A stretch of 37,376 nucleotides of DNA from a virus. Of the stretch, positions 6,307-13,200 are shown one piece after another (position 1 is the first letter of the stretch; the number at the start of each line of letters is the position of its first letter). The position numbers and the translations under genes were made by a program. The stretch is taken from the IMG/VR virus record IMGVR_UViG_3300045988_112792; one strand, given 5' to 3'. The notes beneath the pieces are model-generated. The model saw only the letters and a list, made by a program, of their open reading frames with translations, was not told the DNA's origin and made no database searches.

Positions 6307-6646
6307 GTGCCTCTACCTCCTTACGCAGTGCGTCAAATTCCGCGCGCGTCACGTACTTGCTTGTGTCGCTAACGTTCCCCGCTGCCGACGTGTCAATAGG
6401 GACAAGCTTAAAGGCTTGTATTGCATCTGTCCCCGCGCCGCCGGTCTTTTTTACGTAAATCATATCTGCGCCGTTGTTAAATGGCACCCCCATGGGGTTG
6501 GGCGGCGCGGTTGGCTGCTGTGCAGGTGGCACTTGCGACAGCATTGCGTTAAGCCTGTCCATATATGACTGCGCGGCGCCCGGCTGCCACTGCGTATACC
6601 CGCCGTACGGGTTGCCCGCCTGCGCGGCCTGTCCGTATCCGTACAT
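6233..6646 (-). CDS. Gln/Pro-rich hypothetical protein
   Basis: GGGGAG RBS with ATG candidates at 6655, 6652 and 6646 (ORF track 6233-6733). Start choice is uncertain. Confidence 0.55.
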   Translation of the reverse strand: MYGYGQAAQAGNPYGGYTQWQPGAAQSYMDRLNAMLSQVPPAQQPTAPPNPMGVPFNNGADMIYVKKTGGAGTDAIQAFKLVPIDTSAAGNVSDTSKYVTRAEFDALRKEVEAHGQQSVRGRSKPVSADNADNADGQ

Positions 6647-6732
6647 TCGCATCATCTCCCCTGCCCTGATTATACCGCGCACGGCAGGTCGGGCGGGGGC
6701 GGTTGTGTCGCATTCGCGGGCGTTTTCGGGCA

Positions 6733-6763
6733 TAAAAAAAAGACCCGGCGTAATGCCGGGTCT
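6733..6763 (-). terminator. Intrinsic terminator after 6773-7180
   Basis: AGACCCGGC GTAAT GCCGGGTCT followed by T8 on the minus strand. Confidence 0.85.
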
Positions 6764-6772
6764 GCACCCCTT

Positions 6773-7180
6773 TTAATTCATCCGCGCGGCCCATCCGACC
6801 GCGCGGCTTGTGACGAACAACATCTCGTCAGCGTCAAGACCTGTCGCTTCGTACAGGCCTTTAGCGGCGGCGACGTTCCACCGCTCGTCGGCGTCCACGT
6901 CGCCGCCGATGCAGTCAAGTGAGAAGCGCCATTCGTGCCCGGTCGCCGCGACAGTAATCTCGGCGCTCCATCTGTCGCCGAAATCCCCGCAGCTATTATC
7001 AAACCAGTCGACGATAACATCACCGACCGGCGTTGCCCAGACCGCGCCGCCCGCAGGCTGGAAGTACCCGCCGCCGTTGTTGCAGGTGTCGCCATCTGCA
7101 AAGGGGTTGGTTTCGCAGCCCCAAACGCTTATCATGCGGGGAGTGGTGGTGGTATTAATGGTATTATTCATAGTGTTCAT
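6773..7180 (-). CDS. Hypothetical protein (135 aa); cargo of cassette E
   Basis: RBS GGAGGG then ATG 7180. Thr/Asn-rich N-terminus, several Cys and Trp, no recognisable motif. Confidence 0.75.
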   Translation of the reverse strand: MNTMNNTINTTTTPRMISVWGCETNPFADGDTCNNGGGYFQPAGGAVWATPVGDVIVDWFDNSCGDFGDRWSAEITVAATGHEWRFSLDCIGGDVDADERWNVAAAKGLYEATGLDADEMLFVTSRAVGWAARMN

Positions 7181-7295
7181 TTTTGTCCCTCCATGCCCGG
7201 CGCTTTTTCGCGCCCGCAGCCTTGACTGTCCGTGCCTATATTATACTACTTTACGCCGCGATTGTCAATACCAAATCACACATTTTTTGCAACAA
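7181..7295 (-). promoter_or_regulatory. Promoter-leader cassette copy E
   Basis: On the minus strand: TTGACA (7263-7268), 17-nt spacer, TATAAT (7240-7245), ATAGGCACGGACA, hairpin GCTGCGGGCGCGAAAAAGCGCCGGGC, GGAGGG. About 90% identical to copy D over about 115 bp. Confidence 0.8.
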
Positions 7296-7330
7296 AATAC
7301 AAAAATCCCCCGGCCATATCGACCGGGGGA
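7296..7330 (-). terminator. Intrinsic terminator after the lysis cassette / small HTH gene
   Basis: TCCCCCGG ... CCGGGGGA stem (7306-7313 / 7323-7330). TTTTTGTATTTT follows on the minus strand. Confidence 0.75.
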
Positions 7331-7341
7331 ATCTCCAACTC

Positions 7342-7548
7342 CTATCCTTTGCCTAGCGCATCCATAATGCCCGCCATCCTCCGCGCCACCGTGCGCCGGT
7401 CATACCCGACTGCCGCGCCTATGTCGCTGTAGTACGCGCGGTCGAGCAGCCGCATCCGCGCGATCTGCGCGTCGACGCTGCTTAGTCGCGCGTCGTCTAT
7501 CATGTCTGCCAGTGCCGATCTGCTCATGCCCTCAAAAGGGTCGCGCAT
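7342..7548 (-). CDS. Small HTH protein (sigma-70 region-4 / LuxR-like)
   Basis: YSDIGAAVGYDRRTVARRMAGIMDALG helix-turn-helix pattern. GGAGG RBS. Confidence 0.5.
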   Translation of the reverse strand: MRDPFEGMSRSALADMIDDARLSSVDAQIARMRLLDRAYYSDIGAAVGYDRRTVARRMAGIMDALGKG

Positions 7549-7549
7549 G

Positions 7550-7897
7550 TCAATCGCCTCCAGCGCCGCCGTCCTTATCCTTGCTCGCCTCGTCCCCCGA
7601 GCCCAGCACGCTTATAATATCATTGCTCAGGTCTCTAACCGCCGCCTCGATTTCCGCGCGGCTGTACTTTACGCCGCGTTCGTTAAGCCACGCTTGCGCA
7701 TAGTCCAGCTTGGCCTTGCCCATGCCCGCGCCGTAAAGCTGTTCCGCCGCCGCTACCGCCGTGCGCACAAGCACCGCGACGTTGGCCTGCTGCTGCGCGG
7801 TCGCCTTGGACTTGACGTAAGGCACCAGCCAGTACGTGATAATCGCGCCCAGCAGCGCCAGAATCGCTTGAAAAATCGCCGTAAAATCAAACTGCAT
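7550..7897 (-). CDS. Holin (LL-H-like family)
   Basis: N-terminal TM segment IFQAILALLGAIITYWLV followed by AAAEQLYGAGMGKAKLDYAQAWL, typical of LL-H-type holins. Adjacent to the endolysin. Confidence 0.65.
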   Translation of the reverse strand: MQFDFTAIFQAILALLGAIITYWLVPYVKSKATAQQQANVAVLVRTAVAAAEQLYGAGMGKAKLDYAQAWLNERGVKYSRAEIEAAVRDLSNDIISVLGSGDEASKDKDGGAGGD

Positions 7898-7926
7898 ATG
7901 CTTATCCTCCTATATCTGTATCTGCC

Positions 7927-8187
7927 TTATTCGCGCCTGATATTCTGCTCGAGGCCGTCCAGCCGATGGTGTGCTGACTTTGTGCTGCTCTCTACCGCCG
8001 CCATTCGCTCCACGAGGTGGTTGTGCTCATCTACCCGCTTGCTCAGGGTAGTCAGGTCGTCGCGCAGTTCCTTGAGCTTATACTCGATTAGCGCCATGGT
8101 CTTGCGGTGAGTAGCGACGTTGCTTACGATTACGCCCAGCAGGCTTATGCCGCCGGTTATCAGCGCCACGATGATAGTATCGGTCAT
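7927..8187 (-). CDS. Membrane-anchored coiled-coil protein in the lysis cassette
   Basis: TM segment IIVALITGGISLLGVIV followed by a heptad-rich tail. ATGA overlap with the endolysin stop. XhlA-like role is possible but the topology differs. Confidence 0.5.
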   Translation of the reverse strand: MTDTIIVALITGGISLLGVIVSNVATHRKTMALIEYKLKELRDDLTTLSKRVDEHNHLVERMAAVESSTKSAHHRLDGLEQNIRRE

Positions 8188-8972
8188 ATCTTGACCACCT
8201 CCGCGTACTTATCGCTTACCCATAGCACCTCGTCGCCCACTTTGACCGGCGTCCAGCCGTCCGTCTTTGCGCGGTCGTATGTATCGCCATAGTGTGCCAC
8301 GGTGCCCACGTCGTACTCCGTGCCCGGCCCCGTGCGCAGGTTGACGCTGCCACCGGTTATGCGTATCTGGCCGGGCTTGACCGGCGCGGGCTGGGGCGGC
8401 GCGGATTTGTAGTCAAAGTACTTTTTCATGTAGCCCCAGCAATTCCAGTTTTTGTCGTTGTTGAGGCGGGTACGCACCACGCCATACATCACGCCTTTAG
8501 CCTCAATCACGTACCAGTCTCCCGCCGTGTCGCCCTCCACCACAGGGCGCTCCAGGTAGCCGATATGGTGTATCGCGCCCGGCTTGGATCGGGTCTTAAA
8601 TACCGCCACGCCCGGCTCGCGCGGAAGCTTAGACATGTTGGTACTGTTCGCGCCCGCGCACCAATCGCTATATATATAGCGCGCCTTCGTATTGACGTCC
8701 TTGAGCGGCAGACCCAGCATCTCGACCACCGCGCCCTCCGCCATCCCCGCGCAGTCAAAGACGCGCGGCGCATTTTTGTACCAGTACTGCGCTTTGGCAT
8801 CCTGCGCCGCAGTATATTCGCCGCGGTCGTGGTACTGAGTAAAATACCAGCTATTTTTGCCCAGGTCTTTGGGTGCTTGCCCGCTCGTGCCCATGATGTA
8901 CCCGCACTTATCGTCGTGCTGTTTTTGCAGCCATCGCACAAAGTCGCTCGCCGCGATCTTAGTCATATCCAT
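8184..8972 (-). CDS. Endolysin: NlpC/P60-like cysteine peptidase + C-terminal SH3b domain
   Basis: Catalytic-type motifs FDCAGMAEG and AIHHIGYL. PQPAPV linker. C-terminal SVNLRTGPGTEYDVGTV ... GWTPVKVGDEVLWV is SH3b-like. Alternative start ATG 8966. Confidence 0.75.
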   Translation of the reverse strand: MDMTKIAASDFVRWLQKQHDDKCGYIMGTSGQAPKDLGKNSWYFTQYHDRGEYTAAQDAKAQYWYKNAPRVFDCAGMAEGAVVEMLGLPLKDVNTKARYIYSDWCAGANSTNMSKLPREPGVAVFKTRSKPGAIHHIGYLERPVVEGDTAGDWYVIEAKGVMYGVVRTRLNNDKNWNCWGYMKKYFDYKSAPPQPAPVKPGQIRITGGSVNLRTGPGTEYDVGTVAHYGDTYDRAKTDGWTPVKVGDEVLWVSDKYAEVVKI

Positions 8973-9108
8973 GCCCTCCCTTTTATATCTTTCGTGCGCA
9001 AATATTTAGTCGGCATGCGTATGGCATACTTAGCCACTTTTTCGCCCAATTAACTAGTCCCCCTAGTTAGCCTTTACTAACATTTTGACCACCTCCGCGA
9101 TCTAATCT

Positions 9109-9393
9109 TTAGCTATTTGCCGCGTCGCCTAACTTAATGCAGCGATTCTCAAACCGCTTGTACGCGTCGAAATATATTTCGTTTTTGTCTCCGTTATAAG
9201 TAACCTCATAGTACATGCCGTCAGGTCGCGGAGTTGAAAAGAGCGCCTTATTATTTTGAAGTGTCTTACAGAACCAAACGGCGTATGCATCTTCTGGACG
9301 CACCGGTTCAACCGCATCCGTTACATCACTGTGCTCGTTTGTATAATCGGCAACGAATCGAGCTGCCTTGGACAAGAAGTCTAAATTTGTCAT
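9109..9393 (-). CDS. Hypothetical protein in a low-GC islet
   Basis: RBS GAAAGG before ATG 9393 (ORF track to 9438). The region is visibly AT-richer than its surroundings. Motif VWFCKTLQNNKALFST ... YYEVTYNGDKNEIYFDAYK. Confidence 0.6.
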   Translation of the reverse strand: MTNLDFLSKAARFVADYTNEHSDVTDAVEPVRPEDAYAVWFCKTLQNNKALFSTPRPDGMYYEVTYNGDKNEIYFDAYKRFENRCIKLGDAANS

Positions 9394-9496
9394 ATTTTTT
9401 CCTTTCTCGATACTCTCTATCGCTTGAAATAAAAACAAGTAATTGGTTTACGTAGTCGGCGCGCGTATCAGATTGCTCGTGCCGCGCATGGCGCAC

Positions 9497-9877
9497 CTAC
9501 TTTTCCGTCGGCGGCACCGGCCACACCACGCTTGCCGGGAACCCCGCCTGCTTGGTCACGTCCCTAAGCCGCTGCCGATACTCCGCCCATGCGGTACGCG
9601 CGGCATATGTGGACGGATAGTCGGTCGCCTGCGTGTAGTCGCTTGCCGCCAGCAGCGCGTCCCGCTTTGCGCGCACATCGGCGGCCATCTGCTCGTAGTC
9701 GGGCGCGGCCTCGCCGCCGCTGCCGTCCGCTTCAGCGGGCGCGCCCGTCACGCCCACTATCCCGTCATACTCATCCTGCGTAATCCAGCCCTTGATTACG
9801 GCATTTTTGAGCATTTTTTTTGTCCAAAGCTGCTTAGCATAGTACCCCTTGACCAGTTCATACCTCTTGCTTGCCAT
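9497..9877 (-). CDS. XkdX-like N-terminus fused to a tail-fibre assembly (chaperone)-like C-terminus
   Basis: GGGAG RBS 8 nt before ATG 9877. N-terminal YYAKQLWTKKMLKNAVIKGWITQDEYDGIV (XkdX-like). C-terminal RDALLAASDYTQATDYP ... YRQRLRDVTKQAGFPASVVWPVPP (tail-fibre assembly motif). Confidence 0.55.
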   Translation of the reverse strand: MASKRYELVKGYYAKQLWTKKMLKNAVIKGWITQDEYDGIVGVTGAPAEADGSGGEAAPDYEQMAADVRAKRDALLAASDYTQATDYPSTYAARTAWAEYRQRLRDVTKQAGFPASVVWPVPPTEK

Positions 9878-11903
9878 CCGTCTCACTCCCTTCTATGCCC
9901 GTCGGCATGTCCATGCCGCTATCCGCGTCTGCATCGTCTACCGCCGTCAGGTCGTCCACGTCCACGTCTGCCATCATGGCGACGTAATCCAGCTTTGCAG
10001 CCTGCGCCTCTGCCGTGCTCGCCGTGGTCTGGGGCGGCGTGGGGGCAGTTATAGTCAGAGTGTCTGCGTCGGTTATGATTGCGTTTGTGCCAGCCAGCGC
10101 AAGCACCGTCTGCCCGCCCGTTGCCGTAAAAGGCACGGGCGTAGCCAGCTTGTACGCCACCTGCGCGCCAATCGTAGGAGTAGCCCCTGCCGCATACTCA
10201 TCCCTGTCGCTGATCCACTTACCCGGCAGGGTCTCGCCTGCATAGCTATCGATATGGCCCCACGTCTCTTGCCCCTGTCCTGTGATTGTATCGATTATGC
10301 CACCATAAATGGTGCGAGGCAGTGTCAGCAAGGATTGCTTGCCCGCATATGGCTGATATTCTGCGGGCACTGCCTCGGGCGCATATACGCCTATCTTTAG
10401 GGTCATGTCTACCATCACGCCGGGCACCCAGTCCTTTGCATCCACCTGCAAGGCTATAACATTCTCCTTTTGTGTCCTAAGGCCATATAGTTTGTGCGAC
10501 AAATATGTGCCACTCGTTACTGTGCTGGTGATTTTTAGCCCACGTCCACTTAGCAAGTAATTATTCAGGTATACTATCGCAAAGCTCCGAGCGCCGCTTA
10601 CGTTGTATGTGCCCTTGATTCGGATCGTGCTCTCGCCGATGGGCTCAATTGTTAAACCGTAGGCCTCTATGGAGGAGGTGTCAATATCGTCCGGATTTAG
10701 CAAGTTTGCATTTGATTCCCGCAGCGTTACAAGCTTAGTTCCTGTTATCGGCCTTATATTATCCGGCGACGGTGTGCCGCTGCCCTCCTGCTTAGGCTCC
10801 CAGCTCGCACTTAGCTCCAAAGGATACCCCTCAAGCGCCTCTATGACCACAGGATTACCTGTCACGGTCTGCATCGGCAGTAGCTTATCCACCGTATTCT
10901 TACTCGACCACGCCTTACCCTCCGCGATAACCGTATCGTCGATAATCCCCGCCGCATCCTGCGCGGCCTTTTCAGCCGCCTCCGCACTCGCCGCCGCCGC
11001 GCTCGCAGACTGCGCCGCCGCATCCTTACTGCCCGCCGCCGCCGCGGCGCTGCCCGCCGCATCGCTCGCCGCCGCGCCCGCCGCCGTCTGTGCCGCCTGT
11101 GCCGCGTCCCGCGCCGCCGCCGATTGGCTCGCGCTTCCCGCCGCCGCCGATGCAGACCCCGCCGCGTCCGTAGCCGATTGCGCCGCGCTGCTCTTACTGC
11201 CCGCCGCATCGCTCGCCGATTCAGCCGCCGCCCGCGCCGATCCTGCCGCCGCGTCCGCCGACTCCTTGACGCTATCCAGCGTGCCCGCCGCCGCCGCCGC
11301 GCTTTCCGCTGACGCTTTGGCCGATGTATCTGCCGCCGCCGCCGACTGCGCCGCTGCGCTTGCCGACCCGCTCGCCGCGTCCGCCGACGTTGCCGCGCTC
11401 GCGGCCGACTTGCTCGCCGCACTTGCGCTGCCCGCCGCCGCGTTTGCACTCGACTGCGCCGCCGCCGCCGATCCCGCCGCCGCCGCCGCGCTTTCCTGCG
11501 CCGCCGCCATCGCGCCCTGCGCCGCGTCGCTCGCGTCCAGCACGTCCTTGACCCAGCCGCTTTGCGTATCGGTATCGGGCGGGGTCAGGCTGGGCGCTAT
11601 CGCCGTGGCCGCGATTACCGACTTAGCCACCTTATCATCGACCGTGGCCACTATCTCAATCGCGCCCAGCCCCGCGACTGCCATCGCGTCCATGTCGGGC
11701 GACCACGTGATAACGCCCGTGTCGCTTACGTCCGCCTTGACTATGCGCGCCGTCTCGCCGCGCGTGCGCCGCTGCATCAGCGTCAGCCGCGCGCCCGGAT
11801 AGTCGTTCAGCATCTTCGCGCAGTCGATCTCGACCGCGCGCGCGTACTGCTCGCCCTGTCTGCCCAGCGGTATCGACTTGGGCAGGTCGTATATATCGTA
11901 CAT
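9858..11903 (-). CDS. Tail fibre / receptor-binding protein with a long Ala/Ser-rich coiled region
   Basis: RBS GGAGGGG before ATG 11903 (ORF track extends to 12017). About 200 aa of SA/AA low-complexity repeats (DNA 10947-11537). Position is downstream of the distal tail genes. Confidence 0.7.
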   Translation of the reverse strand: MYDIYDLPKSIPLGRQGEQYARAVEIDCAKMLNDYPGARLTLMQRRTRGETARIVKADVSDTGVITWSPDMDAMAVAGLGAIEIVATVDDKVAKSVIAATAIAPSLTPPDTDTQSGWVKDVLDASDAAQGAMAAAQESAAAAAGSAAAAQSSANAAAGSASAASKSAASAATSADAASGSASAAAQSAAAADTSAKASAESAAAAAGTLDSVKESADAAAGSARAAAESASDAAGSKSSAAQSATDAAGSASAAAGSASQSAAARDAAQAAQTAAGAAASDAAGSAAAAAGSKDAAAQSASAAAASAEAAEKAAQDAAGIIDDTVIAEGKAWSSKNTVDKLLPMQTVTGNPVVIEALEGYPLELSASWEPKQEGSGTPSPDNIRPITGTKLVTLRESNANLLNPDDIDTSSIEAYGLTIEPIGESTIRIKGTYNVSGARSFAIVYLNNYLLSGRGLKITSTVTSGTYLSHKLYGLRTQKENVIALQVDAKDWVPGVMVDMTLKIGVYAPEAVPAEYQPYAGKQSLLTLPRTIYGGIIDTITGQGQETWGHIDSYAGETLPGKWISDRDEYAAGATPTIGAQVAYKLATPVPFTATGGQTVLALAGTNAIITDADTLTITAPTPPQTTASTAEAQAAKLDYVAMMADVDVDDLTAVDDADADSGMDMPTGIEGSETDGKQEV

Positions 11904-11914
11904 GCTTACCCCTC

Positions 11915-12166
11915 CTACTGCTTGGGATTGCCTATCGGATACTCCACCACATACGTGCCGCTTATCTTGACTATCTTGACGCGCTGTCCCGCCGCAAACG
12001 TCAGCGCCGCGTTGCACTTATAGTGCTTTGCCGTCGGCTCGCTGTCGCCGTCAAAGATGAGCGATATGCCGTCGCTGTACACCGCGCCCACCGTGGCCAG
12101 CTGCGCCGCCGCGGGCGCGGCGCGTTCATCCTCCAGCGACTTTTTGGTTTGATAGTCCATTATCAT
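11915..12166 (-). CDS. Small tail/baseplate-associated protein
   Basis: ORF translationally coupled to its neighbours within the tail module. No specific motif. Confidence 0.5.
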   Translation of the reverse strand: MIMDYQTKKSLEDERAAPAAAQLATVGAVYSDGISLIFDGDSEPTAKHYKCNAALTFAAGQRVKIVKISGTYVVEYPIGNPKQ

Positions 12167-13200
12167 AGGCTGTATATCATCCTTTCCGCGGTGTGCTGCA
12201 TCGTGCCGCCCGCCGCTAATTCCATAGACCAGCCGGTCTCAAGGTATACGCCCGTCATATTTTTGCTATACAGCTCCACCACCTCGTCGATCTGGTGGTT
12301 GGCATTGACCGCCGTCGCAAAAGTGATTTTTTCCGACGCGTACATGCTGTTCATGCGCATGTTATTTACATATTTTTGTAATTCGCCTTGCGACGCGATA
12401 TTATTAAGCTGTACTTTTTTGACGATACGCCGCCCGCGCTGCACCGTCGATAATGCGCTGCCCGGATTGTCGTTAACCGCTGTCGCCGTTAGCCAGCCGT
12501 CATAGTCCGGATTGGGCACCATCGCGATAAAAACATTGGGCGCGTCATAGCTATCTATCGTGCTCGTGCTGCCCGCTTGTAAAAGGCTGTACGCGTCGGC
12601 GGCATACCTGACGGTTGGATTATCTATGCTCGCATCGCGCCTGGGCTGTATCACTGCCTCACCCGCAAAATTAAACCATATATGTTCATAGTTAATTTCA
12701 TTTAGCAGCTCATTGGCAATGGTTAGCAAGTCGGTGCCCACGTCCCAATCCTCGCGATCGGTTTGTAGCATCTCACTTGATTGCGTAACGCTTGCCTGTC
12801 CTATGCCCGCCATCATCAGTAGTCGCGTCACACATCTGGTATACTGCTCGCCTTTGGCAAAATGTAATCGATTTTCCAGCCGTGTCTGCTGCAAAAGCAA
12901 ACATTGGTCGTATGCCTCGATCTCATCCTCCACGCTCGACGCTCCATGCGTGCGGGTCAGCGTGCCTATCATGTATACGCCCAGCGGGTACTCAATGCCG
13001 TTGATGATAAGCACCGGCTCCAGCATGTCGTTAACGTAGTCTATATCGTCGTCGTGCGCAAATGTACCGCTTAGCGCCATCCGTATTGCGGCGCTTGTGC
13101 TGGCCGTCAGCGTCGGCGGCGCGCTGAAGCGCATTTCTTTTAATCGCGCGCTGTCGTGCCGCGCATACACCCGCGCCGATATTGTCCGTGTGGCGGGCAT
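12163..13200 (-). CDS. Tail-associated (Tal-position) baseplate protein
   Basis: Second gene after the tape measure. ATG overlaps the upstream stop. Called by synteny. Confidence 0.5.
   Translation of the reverse strand: MPATRTISARVYARHDSARLKEMRFSAPPTLTASTSAAIRMALSGTFAHDDDIDYVNDMLEPVLIINGIEYPLGVYMIGTLTRTHGASSVEDEIEAYDQCLLLQQTRLENRLHFAKGEQYTRCVTRLLMMAGIGQASVTQSSEMLQTDREDWDVGTDLLTIANELLNEINYEHIWFNFAGEAVIQPRRDASIDNPTVRYAADAYSLLQAGSTSTIDSYDAPNVFIAMVPNPDYDGWLTATAVNDNPGSALSTVQRGRRIVKKVQLNNIASQGELQKYVNNMRMNSMYASEKITFATAVNANHQIDEVVELYSKNMTGVYLETGWSMELAAGGTMQHTAERMIYSL

Noticed and set aside
10669-11802. 377-aa + strand ORF and 195-aa Arg-rich minus-strand ORF (10862-11449) inside the tail-fibre gene
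   Set aside because: They are artefacts of GC-rich Ala-codon repeats (GCN read in other frames or antisense). They have no RBS and a low-complexity translation, and they are embedded in a syntenic structural gene.
9858-11903. Diversity-generating retroelement targeting the tail-fibre C-terminus
   Set aside because: No reverse transcriptase ORF occurs anywhere in the window. I could find no template/variable repeat pair near the fibre 3' end.
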